Assembly (NCBI GenBank): GCA_001179505.1 | Contig: CDMY01000293.1 | Span: forward strand, 62,001-126,000 | Direction of reading: 5' to 3' | From: Vitrella brassicaformis CCMP3155 | Taxonomy: Eukaryota > Protista > Chromerida | DNA length: 64,000 nt | Shown here: positions 37,060 through 50,402 of the stretch, one piece after another | Position numbering within the stretch: position 1 is the first letter of the stretch | How the letters are laid out: each line of letters begins with the position of its first letter | Position numbers and translations under genes: made by a program | The notes under the pieces: model-generated | Database searches by the model: none | Told to the model about the DNA's origin: nothing | The model's input: the letters and a program-made list of their open reading frames with translations, nothing else

Positions 37060-39083
37060 TGGTGTCTTCGTGCCATATCTGATCGGTGACCAGAACCATT
37101 AGATTGGTAAAGACCAAGGTCATCATTTCCGTCATCGACCACCTGCGTGGACCCACAAAGGCACACAAGGAGAAAAGATCAAAGATGACAAAAATGACGC
37201 TATGTGTGTCTCTCATAGCCGGATTTGGTTCGAGAGGGCGCGCACATACCAGGGGCTGATTTCCATTGAGGCGAATGCTGACTGCATGCTGGCAGCTTGA
37301 GCAAGGGAAGAGGCCGACCTGCTGAAGGTCTCGCGCATGGAGAGCACTGTCGTGGTGATTCTTCTGCTTCGACATGTCAAAGAACCATCTCCACTTCCCT
37401 TGCTGGAGGCCGCTTTCCCATGCTCATGATTGGTCTTCGCCGTGTCTTTCCATGTCTCCTCTAACACTGCCTCTCTCGTACATCGACCAGATTTGAGAAG
37501 TCGATAAAATGTATGCAGAGTCCCTGCATCGCAAATCGCAGCACAGGTAGAGAGATAAGTGGATAGATTCCCATATATGCTGTAGGAAGACATACCGTGA
37601 GGAAGAAGTATGTCGGTAATGAGATCAAAGCTAAGGCAGAGAAACCACATGTAAAGACACATTTGTGCTGGTTTTGTGGCTTCCAAGAAACGCAGCTTAC
37701 AATGCGATGGCCACCGAGTAGAGAAGTTCACTGCTTAGGCTCACCATCTCTGCTTGTATGAGTCTAGGTGAGAGTAGGTAGGGCACCGCAGTCCACACAA
37801 CCACAAGCGAGCTCCAAACCGGTGGACCCTCCTAGAAAATGGACACACCTAGAAATAGATCAATCTACAAGCACATTCGTACTCGTAGGGATCTTATGAT
37901 CTTGTTAAGCACACATACAACTGGCCAACCAGCGACGACAGTCTGCAGAGCAATTTGAGCCTGGCAGGGGAAACACAAACATAAATGTCCATGTGTAAGG
38001 CATGTCTAGGTGCAGTGGTGGAACGAATGTGTCATATATCTTTCCTTACTCGCGTACCCTGGCATAGTCGTCTCTAGCTTTGCTGCCTCGAGGCATGAAG
38101 TGTCTCATCGACAAAAACCTTAACGCCATTTGGCCGATTGAAACTACTGTTCCCAACTTCATCGCATAAGCGCGTTTCTTCGCAACATTTAATAACTTTC
38201 ATAAGCAGGTAAAAATGTATGCTCCCAAAGCAGGGAGCCACCGCAGGTGGTAAATCACAGCCTCTATTATATACAGCACCAACGTCATGGCAACCAACAG
38301 CCAGCACTTGCGCAGCAGAGACATGTTGCGCCGAAAGCTAGCTCCTTCGACTGCAGCAAGCGTCGCTGCAAGAAACCAACAACACCAAAGCACACCCAAT
38401 AGAAAGCACCAGCCGACGAATCACGTCAACTGCTGCAGCGCCCATTATCCTCGACTCACAGCTGAACCAATACATAAGTAGTGTGCTGATTGCTAGAGCT
38501 GACACACATAAAGCGGCCGCCAGCTGCCGTAGCATCATCTTGCCAATCCGCTGCATGGTCGACCACAGAGGCTCGGGATTGAAGTGGGTACCAACGACCA
38601 CCTCTCTTGTGCTGCCGTCGGGGCCACGAACGATCTTATACTCTAACGTGGTCGGAAACTCCTCGAAGTTAGCTTCGTATCCGGCAGCATTTCTGAACCT
38701 GCAGTGAGACAATCACATGCACTCGTAGAGTTGGCCGTCTTGTGATATGTCCCCTCACGTACTCAACCACTGAGGCAGCTATCGCCTTCTCCTCGCGACC
38801 ATGCGTGACGTCAGGGGCGCCCTCTCCACCGCCCTCTGAAGCGAAACATCCCTTGCTGTAGTCGTCAATGGCAATCGCCGTTGTCGTGTGTGCTGTGGAA
38901 GTGGAGAGCATGGACCGATAGGGCGGAATGCGCTCATGGGCCTGCTCTGCTGCCGTCGGGACGCACTCCTCAGCTGCCCCCTTATCTATGCTCCGAATCG
39001 GTGTCATTCTCCTCCCCCAAAGCTTCCATTGTTTCCTGCTGTGGGAATCTGATGTCGCTGCCCTCTTCTCCAGATGGATCCAT
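37060..39083 (-). pseudogene. Disrupted paralog of the 40200-42731 multipass membrane protein gene
   Basis: Colinear with 40673-42731. It carries a +1 frameshift near 38990, a 16-nt insertion frameshift near 38400, a deletion plus in-frame TGA near 38200, and a 3' truncation at the 60-bp repeat (37059). Confidence 0.75.
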
Positions 39084-39269
39084 GGCATCGCCAGCCGATG
39101 GTGAGAGTGTCGCAGTTCCACGACGGGCGATTTCCCTTCTTGCGAGCTTACCCCCTTCCTTTTAGGGTTTGGGTTGTGGGTTGCCTGAGCGCAGGCTGTC
39201 CAGATCTCTCCACTCCCAGCAGTATCGCATCCCGCGGGATGATCCCACTGCCTTGACCAACCAAGGAAG

Positions 39270-39674
39270 ATGTGCCACGTGTGCGAGCGCCTGCGTGCCT
39301 TCGACGAGGCCGAGGCGAACCGCCGGACGACGCGCTTCGGCTCCCTGAATCTGTGGAATCTGTGGAAGCACCTCCTGCCCTCCCTGAAGCTCCTTCTCCC
39401 TGTGTTGGCGCTGGGGTGTGCTGCGGGCGGCCTTGTGGCGGCCCTGTTCATCCCTGGCTCGACCCTCATGCTTGTCGGCGTCTATTTGGCGCTCGATGTG
39501 CGGGCGTACCTGCGATTCCGCCAGCGGCGGAGAGATCTGCAGGAGATGGAGCACTACCGCTCCCCCCACCTGGACGAACACTTCAGGCCGTACCTGGAGA
39601 AGCAACTGCTCGACCAGCCGCCTGAGGACCTCTACAGGTGCGCCGACTCGACTCACGGTGCCGTCTTGTGCTAG
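39270..39674 (+). CDS. Intronless 134-aa predicted membrane protein
   Basis: MCHVCERLRAFDEAEANRR...LLLPVLALGCAAGGLVAALFIPGSTLMLVGVYLALDVRAYLRFRQRRR...; GC3-rich codons and a long hydrophobic hairpin followed by a basic patch. Confidence 0.55.
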   Translation: MCHVCERLRAFDEAEANRRTTRFGSLNLWNLWKHLLPSLKLLLPVLALGCAAGGLVAALFIPGSTLMLVGVYLALDVRAYLRFRQRRRDLQEMEHYRSPHLDEHFRPYLEKQLLDQPPEDLYRCADSTHGAVLC

Positions 39675-40199
39675 GTCTTCCTTCATGCCTTCTCTCGCTC
39701 TGGGTGTGTGTGCAGTTTTCTCTTCTACGCGTTTTTTGGCCAAGCGCCGGAGACCATATCGGTGCNNNNNNNNNNNNNNNNNNNNNNNNNNNNNNNNNNN
39801 NNNNNNNNNNNNNNNNNNNNNNNNNNNNNNNNNNNNNNNNNNNNNNNNNNNNNNNNNNNNNNNNNNNNNNNNNNNNNNNNNNNNNNNNNNNNNNNNNNNN
39901 NNNNNNNNNNNNNNNNNNNNNNNNNNNNNNNNNNNNNNNNNNNNNNNNNNNNNNNNNNNNNNNNNNNNNNNNNNNNNNNNNNNNNNNNNNNNNNNNNNNN
40001 NNNNNNNNNNNNNNNNNNNNNNNNNNNNNNNNNNNNNNNNNNNNNNNNNNNNNNNNNNNNNNNNNGGGGGGGGGGGGGGGGGAGGGTGGATGCTGTGTAC
40101 AGAGAGGTTGACTTTTCTAGTCACTACAACTGATTCCGTTAAGACTGCCTAACGACACGCATCGCCATTCGTCACCTCCGCTAGATGGCACCTTCCATC

Positions 40200-42731
40200 A
40201 CTTCACCGCACACATCGCTACCCACGGCTTAATGCGCCCATGCCATGCATAATCTTTTCCATCTATGTCAATTGATCTATATGAATGTCCTCGAGAAGGG
40301 GAACGAGAAGTAGGGGCACATGTCTTCTGCTGAGTCCGCGTCGTACCTGTCTGGATCGACCGCATGCAGCATGAAGACTCGAATGAAAACCACAAATGCG
40401 CTGGTACTGCACACATCACAGACAGGCAAATGTGAAACGAAGGTATCACGTGAACAGGAGTCTGTTCGTTAATCGTTTCTAACATTCCGATAAACCCCAG
40501 GAGGCAGGTAAGTATTGAGGCCTTCACGACACCTGGCCTCTGAGCACAGCAGCGGCAGGTTACTGATCCGGACCATCCAGAGGACATGGACGGTCTCCAA
40601 AGCGCCCTCAACCACGAGCAGCACGACCAGTCCGGCGATGCCCATGAAGAAGCTGGCAAGAGACGCGTCTTTGTGCCATATCTGATCGGTGACCAGAACC
40701 ATTAGATTGGTAAAGACCAAGGTCATCATTTCCGTCATCGACCATCTACGCAACACCACAAAAGCACACAAGGAGATTTCAGAAGCGGAGCGATTCGATG
40801 TTTGTCTCTTACAGTCTTATCTGGTCCGACAGCGCACGTTTATATCGGGGGCTGATTTCCAGCGAAGCAAATGCTGACTGCATGCTGGCAGCTTGGGCAA
40901 GAGAAGAGGTTGACCTGCTGAAGGTCTCACGCATGGAGAGCACTGTCGTGGTGATTGCTGTGCTTTGACATGTCGAAGAAGCATTTCCACTTCTCTTGCC
41001 AGAGGCCGCCTTGCCATGCTAACGGTTGCTCGTCACCGTGTCCTGCCGTGTCTCCATGAAGACGGCTGCGTCTCTAGTGCATCGACCAGACTTGAGAAAT
41101 CTCCGCACGCCGAGATAGAGCACGATTCCTGGGGGAATTACGCAATCGTAGTACCACGTGAGAAAACATGAGTGGATCGATTTCTCTCTTTGCTCGAGAG
41201 GACCTACCGTAAGGAAGAAGTATGTCGGTGATGAGATCAAAGCTGATCGAGGAAGAGGCCACGGACGACAAGAGATATACGCGTTAGTTGTGGCTTCCAA
41301 ACAGGCAGCTTACAATGCGATGGCCACCGAGTAGAGGAGTTTACTGCTTAGGCTCACCATCTTCCCCTGAATGAGCCTAGGTGTCAGCAGGTACGGCACC
41401 GCAGTCAACACAACCAAGAGTGAGCTCCAAATTGGCGGACCCTCCTGGAAAAGTGAATACAGACGCATAGCATCAGTAGCCATGGTCGAGAATCAAACCC
41501 ATACACGCAGGGATCTGAGGATCTTGTTCGCAACGGAGACGACTGGCCACCCAAATACGACACTCTGCAAAGCAATTTGAGCCTAGCAGAGAGGACATAC
41601 ACGTGCACATGGAAAGATGCACATGGAAAGGTGCGTATAGCGTTCAAACCAATCCATCTCTTTACCCACTTACCCTGGCATAATCGTCTTCAGCTCTACT
41701 GCCTCGAGGCAGAAAGTATCTCATAGACAGCTTTCTCAACGCCATTAGACCGATGCAGGGTACCGCTCCCATCTTCAGCGCATAAGCGCGTTTCTTCGCA
41801 AAACCCAGTAATTTGGCGGCTTCGTAGAAAAGAGCCAAGGGAAAAAGAAAGTGAACCACCGTATATATACCGCCAAAAATGTATGCCTTCAAAGTAGGGC
41901 GCCACTGAAGGTGGTGGAGCATAGCATCCAGCAGATTAAGCGCCGTTAGAAATGCCACTAACAGCCAGAACTTGCGCAGCAGAGACATGTTACGGTGAAA
42001 GCTAGGTCCTTCGAGTGTTATTGCCAGTGCAAGAAACCAACAATAACAATGCACCAGCCGACGAATCACGTCAACTGCCGCACCCATTATCCTCGACTCG
42101 CAGCTGAACCAATACATAAGTAGCGTGCTGATTACTACGGCTGACACACACAAAGCGGCCGCCAGCTGCCGAAGCATCATCTTGCCAATCCGCTGCATGG
42201 TCGACCACAGAGGCTCGGGATTGAAGTGGGTACCAACGACCACCTCTCTTGTGCTGCCGTCGGGGCCACGAACGGTCTTATACTCTAACACAGTCGGAAA
42301 CTCCTCGAAGTTAGCTTCGTATCCGGCAGACTCTCTGAACCTGCAGTGAGACAATCACATGGACAGCCAGTGTTGTTCGTTGTGTTGTGTCCCCCCACGT
42401 ACTCAGCCACCGAGGCAGCTATCGCCTTCTCCTCCCGATGATGGATGCCGTCAGGGGCGCCCTCTCTGTCGGCCTCTGAAGCGTAACATTCCTTGCTGTA
42501 GTCGTCAATGGCAATCGCCGTTGTCGTGTGTGCCGTGGAAGTGGAGAGCATGGACCGATAGGGCGGGATGCGCCCATGGGCCGGCTCTGCTGTCGTCTGG
42601 ACGCACTCACCAGCTGCCCCCTTATCTTGCTCCGAGTCGGTGTCATTCTCCCGATGGTCGCCCAGAGCATCCATCGTTTGCTGCTGTGGGAATCTGGTGT
42701 CGTCGCTCTCTTCTCCACACGAGGGCTCCAT
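40200..42731 (-). CDS. Multi-exon multipass membrane protein of unknown family (apparently intact paralog)
   Basis: MEPSCGEESDDTRFPQQQTMDALG... splices to FRESAGYEANFEEFPTVLEY... with several hydrophobic segments (LAAALCVSAVVISTLLMYWF; FWLLVAFLTALNLL; YIFGGIYTVVHFLFPLALFY; FFMGIAGLVVLLVV); the 3' end is uncertain. Confidence 0.65.
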
Positions 42732-42921
42732 GATATCGCCACCCGATGGTGAAAGTCTCGTGATTCCACATTCTGGCGACAGAGGACAAGGAAGACAGGT
42801 CGAAGGCTGCATCTTGGCGCGGAGAATCAGATCGTGCCAATGAAAGAAGACGCTTGGCCCCCCCGGGCCCCCGGGGGGCCCGCGATTTGGGGGCTCGCCC
42901 TTAGCTCGCCCTGGAAGACCG

Positions 42922-44399
42922 ATGTTTCTTTTCGGCTCCACTGTGCGGCGGTCCTCTCCAGCCGCTGATTCCATCGGCCGCCCCTCTGCATTGGCGCCAA
43001 CTCGCCACTCTTCAGCGGCAGCCATTCGAGGCGCTGTCCGGGTGGACGAGGGTCTCTGGCTGGGCGATGGGGCGTGCCACAATGAGGACTGGCTGTCAGA
43101 CAAGAGGGTGACGCGCGTCGTCAACTGCGGGTCGTGGTCTGCACAGCTCAAGGAGCGATTCGAGACTGTTGAGTACTTCCCCATGGCCAGTTTCGCTGAC
43201 CATGCTTCAGGGGTAAGCGAAGGGAAGAGATGAATGCAGCCGGCCGCTGCATTCATGTCCTTGTGCCTTTATTGACTGCTGCATACAGGCCGGTCATTTT
43301 GAGGAGGAAGACGGCCGGCTGATGGAGATGGCTGAATGGGTGATGGAGGGGCTGCGTCAGGGGGAGGGAGTTTTGGTGGGCTCACAGCTCGGCCGCAGTG
43401 AGGCTGTCGCGGCCATGGTCGCAGTGATCATGATCAAGTGGGCAGCCCCCGTAGCAAGAACCAAAGGAGACACTGGAAGAGACACCTTTCTGTTCTCCCG
43501 TCTCCGATTCTTGCAGGAATAAGAAGCCTTTGTCGAGCGCGATAGCCCATGTGCGTCGGGCTGTCGAGGCCAAGGACGGGGCCATTTTCTTTCTGTCTGA
43601 GGGCTGCGAGCAGCGCCTGCGTGGCTTCATCTCGCGGCAGGGTGAGCAGAACCGGAAAAGGGCAACACAGAGATGCCTTTCTCGGTCTCTTTGGGTTTCA
43701 GTGAAGAAGGGCCTGAGTGGCGCCTTCAATCTCACGCCATCGGAGAAGTCAAACACATCGGAAACCCAACAGGTCAGTGATGACACTATATCATTCCATT
43801 TGTCCCCTGTCTGCATTTCCTTTCTGCACACGCAGGCGGCGGAGTCGGCCCACCTGGCTCCTCTCCGCAGCCACCGAGTGATGTTTGGAGTCCACAACAG
43901 CATCTCCGACGACCTGCAGGACGGGTACACGATGATGCCCTCCTCTGCCTCCCCATTCGCCACCGAGAGTGAGGGCGTGGGCGGAGGGCTGTCGAACCCT
44001 CCAACTCAACGAGGAGACATCGTCCGGCAGCAAGGGCCGTCAGCATATGACAGCCGCTGCCGGCAGTCCACACAAGACGACACGACCGTCGCCGAACCCC
44101 TGCCCATGCCCGAGTATCGTCCCGAGCCGTGGACACTGGCGCGATTCTTCTGCGAGTTTTGCACAGCGTCGGTGCTGTTCTGTGGCGCACTCGAGGAGCC
44201 CACCACCCTCGACTCCCACGACCTGGTCTTCGACCGACGGCCGTCCATCGATCCTGTGGGGGTGGGTGACTCAGATCGGCCGGTGGGGCACGACCAGGAG
44301 GACGAGGAGGGCAGCGGGCTGGTGGACGAGGCGAAGCCCCTGCTTACGCCCACGCGGGAGGGGACTCGGGGGGGACTTTTTGCCGATGACGACATCTGA
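42922..44399 (+). CDS. Dual-specificity phosphatase-fold protein with a degenerate active site (pseudophosphatase-like)
   Basis: VRVDEGLWLGDGACHNEDWLSDKRVTRVVNCG (DSPc N-terminal signature) and GEGVLVGSQLGRSEAVAAMVAVIM where VLVHCxxGxSRS is expected. Confidence 0.7.
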
Positions 44400-44702
44400 G
44401 TGAGATATGTGAGTGAGTGCGTGAATGAGTGTGTGAGAGACATCTGCGGAGCTTGTATAGGCGGACGGACAGACGGAGGAAGGACTGATAGACGCCTCCA
44501 TGCGTGTCTTTTGCAAAGCCTTGAATACGGTCTGTCTGTGTGTCTCTTTGGATGCACTCACCCCCTCACTCACTGCATGCTCTTGCACGCCAACCTCCTA
44601 TGTTATGTCTACATCATGATCGCAGGCACACACGCACCCCACTCACATCTTAGCTACTATGCACTCACACACGCACACGCAGACACTCATCCATCCATCC
44701 AT

Positions 44703-46778
44703 TCACCGGCGAGGATTGCAACACGCCAACCTCTGGCAGCACGATGACGACGCTGGCTGGTCGCCACAGTAGGAAGAGGACGACCCGCCATCTCTCACAC
44801 TCTCCATCGGGTCAGTGGCAAACAGCCCACACAGACTGCCCAGAGTCCGCACGCACGAGCTGCGGCCGTCACTTCCACTGGCACAAGACTCCTTGGTGCG
44901 CCTCCTCCTCTCATAAAGATGCTCCTCTGCCCCCTCTCGGGTATGCAAGTACGGCGGGGGTGTCAAGGACCTCATCATTCCCACGCCCGCTCCCATCTGG
45001 CCGATGGGCAGCGTCACTCGTGTCATGGGCGGCGCTGCGGACGTCTCTCTCCTCTCGGGGGCCGGTCGCACGCGGACATCTGTTCGTGTGGGCAGTGTAT
45101 GTGACGGCGGGGGCGGCGGGGTGAGGCCGACAGCCTCAGGGAGGGGAGTGGTCATCACGCCTTGGCTGGGAAGACGGGGCACAGAACGAGAAGGCGCTGC
45201 AGACACACAATGAGACAGAGACATACGAGCTATTCGTGCCATTGTGTCGTCTCTCTCTTCCATCCAGCTCACCCATCGACGCACCGCCGAGCGTCACACG
45301 TGCAGGAGCACCACAAGCAGCTCTCACATGGGCAATCGGCGGCGTGAGGGTGATGGGCGGCGGACTCATTGGGTCATACACCATGCGGGCGACCCTCGGT
45401 TTCTCGGGAGACGATGGCGGCGCCTTCGGCCTGTGCTTGCGGCCTGGCTTCTCCAACACTCGCTTCGGGGGCGTTCTGTCCACCTGCAGGAGGACTGATG
45501 GGTAGGGATGAGAGGATGTGACGCATGTCTCGCGGAGTGCCGTGGAGCTGATGAGGGTGTGCCGGTGAATCAATGCGGGGTCAGGGAGGCCGTGCTCGAG
45601 GGACAAGTCGGGAAGAGCGATCTGTGAGAGAGAGGAGAGAACGGAACGGAGAAAGTGGTCGCGGCGATCGGGCGAGTGGAGAATAATCATTTCTTCCCAC
45701 CACATTCGTCGCTCTGGGCACATGGTAGTGTCTCGTCCCACCGACGACAGACGGCATCGTGCCCACACCTGGGGGTGTGGCGACATAGGGTTGACTGCGC
45801 ATTGGGCCGTGGGGCACAGTAAAATGGGGGTGGGGGTACTGGCCTTCCAGCCATGGCTTGGTGTGCGTGAACGGGTAAGGCGGAATGCTCTGCGCCCGAT
45901 CCGGAACGCTGTAGTAAGGCACTGACCTGGCGCCTTCAGCACCCTGATCAAAGAGCAAAGACGTCTTCCATCTTCACTAGCGTGTCTGTCTCAGCACATT
46001 GTGGCTGATTTACCTGTTCTTTCCAGTCGTATGACGGCCAGGCTCCCGGGGGCGTGTGCATCCCACCTGCGGCAGCAGTAGGGGGCGGCCCACCTCTGGG
46101 GTATGGCCACCTCCAGCCCTCACTCTCCCCCTCTTCCTCTTCGTCACGGGGCAGCGCAGGCACACCGCCCATGCCGTGTGTCACATCATGGGTCCGACGC
46201 AGCATCTCAGTCAAATTTGGGACATGAACACCAATGGTCGTCCATACATCGCCGAGACGCCCTGCAGCGCTCTTCGGCCGACCAGCCGCAGCCGCCAACC
46301 TTTTCGCAATCGCCGCCCTCTTGGCTGCTCCCGTTGCTCCCCTGCCTACTCCTGAGACCCCAGGGGCGCGTGACCTGCCCCTAGCCCGCTCCCGCTCCTC
46401 ATCTCTGGCCTGCTTGAGCAGCCGTCTCATTTTGCGCTTCTCCTTCACCTCTTGTGGTGTGACCGCTTTGGGCGGATACTGGGGATGTCTGGACGTCGGC
46501 TTGAAGGGCTGCTTCTCCTTCTCCTCCTCTGGTTTTGAGACGGTCTCGGAAGACTTCTGTGTGCTCTCTCGGCTGCCGAGCCGCATTGGTGGGGAGGTGA
46601 CGCCCGACGGCTCGATGAGCTCGAAGCTCCGGCGCAGGAAGGAGTCGGACGGCCGCCGCTTGTATGCGTACTGGTTGTAGGCGCTGACGGTGTTGAGACG
46701 CTCGGGCATGCCCTCCCATGACGCCTGAACAAACCGGAATCACACCCATTGATGGATGGAGGGATAGCACGGCGCTTC

Positions 46779-46813
<35 letters not shown>

Positions 46814-49800
46814 TGTGTCTATCTCTGACCTACCTGTGCCTCGGCAGTTGCGCGTGCGAATGCTCCGGCGAGCCCATCGGCTCTGGTTGGCAAGGTCCGC
46901 ACTGGTTGCCTTTTCGGCTTCGGCCTCACCATCACGCGGCCCCTGACATCCACTGGCTGCTTCTTGACGCCGTCGACAGACACATCCCTATCCCTGGGGA
47001 ACCGACTGACCACTCTGCCCTTGGCCGCTGCGCGGGGTGTCGTGTCTCTAGCTGACCTTGTCGACCGTGCTGACCTGGCTGACCTGGCTGACCGAGCTGA
47101 TCTGGCTGATCTGGCCGATGGCGTCCTTGAGGGTGGTCGCTCGCCTTCCTCTGCTGTCCTTGCAGCCGCTCTGCCCCTTCTTGCGGCCTCCTCCTTGTCT
47201 CTCTCCACGAGCAGCCCCCTAAGCCGTTCCTGGGCACTCGCGCCTCGCTGCAGCGCTGGACCCCCTGAGACACCCTTCTCTCTCTTTGCCTTGACAGTGC
47301 CACCGGGGGAGGTAACTGTCAAGCGCTCGACGGGCTTCGTGGGCGGCGTTGGGATGGCCTTGGGGCCGACTGAGGGAGAGTAGCGCGATGCGATGGCGCG
47401 CTTAGTCTCCTTTGCTTGTCCTCTCTCCTTTCTGGCTCTTTCGCGTTCCCCACCAGCAGCAGCACCAGCAGCAGTAGCAGCAGCATGCATCGGCGGCACT
47501 GAGACGGCATCTTTTTTCTTCCCTTTTACCCGTTCAGCATCAGCCGGCGGCAGCGAGACAGCGCCCTCCTTGTTGACTGCCGCTCGAACAGCGACCGCGG
47601 CGGCCTCCCGCGTCCCTGGGATGCGCTGGTCACGTGTTGCACGAGAGGGGGCAGCTTTGCGATCCTCTGCTGGCGGTCTTCTCTCCTTTCTTCCCTGAGC
47701 AGTAGTTGCAGCAGCAGCAGCTGTGGGTGGCGGGGTGATCGGTCGGGCCAGTGTTTCTCCTTGAGCAAAGGAGGGTGTCTTGACAAGTGGAACATGTCCA
47801 GCGGTCTTCGTGGGAACGGGCCGGCCTGGGCCGGGGGGAGTGGGTCTCTGAAGAATCGATGCATAACAGGCGGATAGATAACATGACGGATGTTGTGTCG
47901 CTTCTTTCGTTTCGCGCCATCACCTGCGGTGGGGCAGCTGCAGGTCTTGTTGGGGGCTGCTCGCGGTCAACTTTGGCCGCTTCCTTGACAGCCACCTTCA
48001 CTTTCGTTGGCGGTGTCTTTGTGAGTGGCTCGCGATCTGCCTCGCCCGGCCCCTGTGCTGGTGACGCCTTCATCCCACCAGTCGGCTTTGGTATCCTAGT
48101 GGGGATGGCAGAAGCGGGCAGAGCGGGGGCCTGCACGTTACACATACAATCGAGCGTACTCTTAGCTGCAACTCACATCTATCTGACCGCCTCATTCCAT
48201 TCGTGATCTGACCTGATCTTTGACCTCTCTTTTGGCCGCTGCTTTCTCTCTCCTCTCCTTGTCTTCGCGGCTGGGCGGAGTGACGTCTTTTCTCTCTTCC
48301 GGTGCCTCTTCCGTCTCCAGCTGTATGCCTCCCTCCAAAAAGTGTGGCGTCGATGGAGCCTGAGGCTCCTCCTCCATACCTTCGGCAGCTGCAGCTGCAG
48401 CCTCGCCACGGCCAGGGCCGCCCTCAGCCTCCCCGCCGGCAGCCCAGACTTCCTGTTCCTCGCCGTCATAGATGCCGAGATCTTGCATTTCCTCAGGAGT
48501 CAGCTGCGTGCGGAGAGAAGGCTTCACCGTGGTCTCGCCTGCCTGTTCTCCAGCGAAGGACTCAGCGCCCGCCGCCTCAAAATCAGCAGGAAGGCCTGTT
48601 TCTCCCTCCTGCTGGTACCCGTCAGCAGAAGCGGAAGGCCCAGTGACCTCCCTTTCCCCTTCCTGTCCGACCAGAACGCCGGCGACCTTGCCGGCCTCCT
48701 GTCTCCCTGCAAGGGCGGCGCCCTCCGTCTCATGATCTCTTTCGACACCAGCAATTATGTCCTCTTGCTCTTCTTCTGCGCCGGCAGCTTCCTCAAGTGG
48801 TTCCTGTCCTCGTGGGACGATGATGTCTTGATCCTCAGGTGGGGCCTGCTGCTCGTGACGCTCCGGTGCGAACTCGGGCACATCCTCTGCCCCCTCCACC
48901 TCTGCGGCAGGACGTCCTACTTCCTCCCATCCACCTGTCTCGGGCGGAACGGGATACGAAAACGACACAACGTCTTGAGGCCGTTCCTCCTCCTGCACGC
49001 CCTGCTCTTCCAAAGAGTCCCCGGCAGTAGGCCCCCCTTCGTAGCCGGCAGCTGCCTCCTGGGGTCCATAGGTGTCTTCTGAAGGCACAAGAGGCGGCAC
49101 GTACAGTGCCTGCTCGGACGGCGGTCGGCGTATGCGACCGAGGTCCCGCTCCAGCCGATTCAGCTCATCTTCAACGTCTCGGAGATCCTCAGCCGCCTGC
49201 TGCTTGGCCGTCCTAGGGGCTGTGGGTGCTGCTGGGGCTGTTTGGATTGACACACCAGGAGGAAGGCCCGCAGATGACGGCAACTGAGCCTCCCTGGCCT
49301 CCTGTGATGGCTGCGACGATTCCTCCCCAGTTGGTTTGCCTTCGCCAATGCGGTGTTGGGTGCGGTTCTCAGTCGTGTCGTCTGCAGATGGCTGTTTGGC
49401 TATCTCTTGCTCTCTGTCTCCAGCTGCTTGAATGGTTGCGGTCTCTCCTTCTCCTACTTCCATCTCGATGCTTGCCCGTTGCACCAGTTGGGGCGCTGCG
49501 CCGAATGACGCAGTGCGGCCCGTCTTGATGGCCGCGTCGTCGTGCGGCCAGCCGCCAGCCATGGTGCTCTCCAGCCCTTCAGCCATGCCTTCACCTTGCT
49601 CCGATCTCACACCTTGACCACCCTCACCCTCCTCTTCTTGTGATGTCTCTGCTGCCCAAACTTGCTCTTGTGTTTCCATTTCCCTCCCAGCTGCAGCTGA
49701 CTCCTCGCGCTGTGCTCTTTCCTCTGCAGACACCGACAGATTGCCTTCGGCTGCAGTTGCTGTGCCGGTAGCCCCTTTCGAGAACTGATGTCCTTCGGCA

Positions 49801-50369
49801 GATGCCGCCAACTCTTCCGGTGCTCCTGCACCCTCAGCCGTCTTTCCTCTGTGCTCTCCTTCTGCGTCCGCCCCAGTAAGCGCCGCCGACCGCCCACCCA
49901 TTGAGGCTACGTCTTGTGTCAGCTTAGCCATCTGCTCCTCACCAGTCGACGCCTGCGGGCTTGGAGGTGTGGATGACAGACCCACACCAGCTGCAGCTCC
50001 AGCCCCAGCTGTCTCGTCCATGCCGCCCTCAATGCTGCCAAGCTGACTAGCCGAAGGTCCTTCTGCCGTCAGGCCGGCTTCCGTCAGGCCGGCTTGAGCA
50101 ATAGCCGCTCCTTCTCCTTCTTGCGAGGGTCTCATCTGTATGTCAACTGATTCGCGTGACGTCCTCCTTTTGGCGTAGTGGTTGGCGATGCCCCGATCCT
50201 CGCGCACCTTAGCCTTCCGCTCCTCGATCTTCCGCTGTATGCGGGACTGCATGTCCTCCTCCGGCTCAGGCACCTCTCCCGCCTTTTGCTCTCGCGTCCC
50301 GTCGTCAAGTGCCGCAGCATAAGGCTCCCATGCCTCCAGCCGGTGACGCGGCCTCTCCTCTGTGGCTGT

Positions 50370-50402
<33 letters not shown>

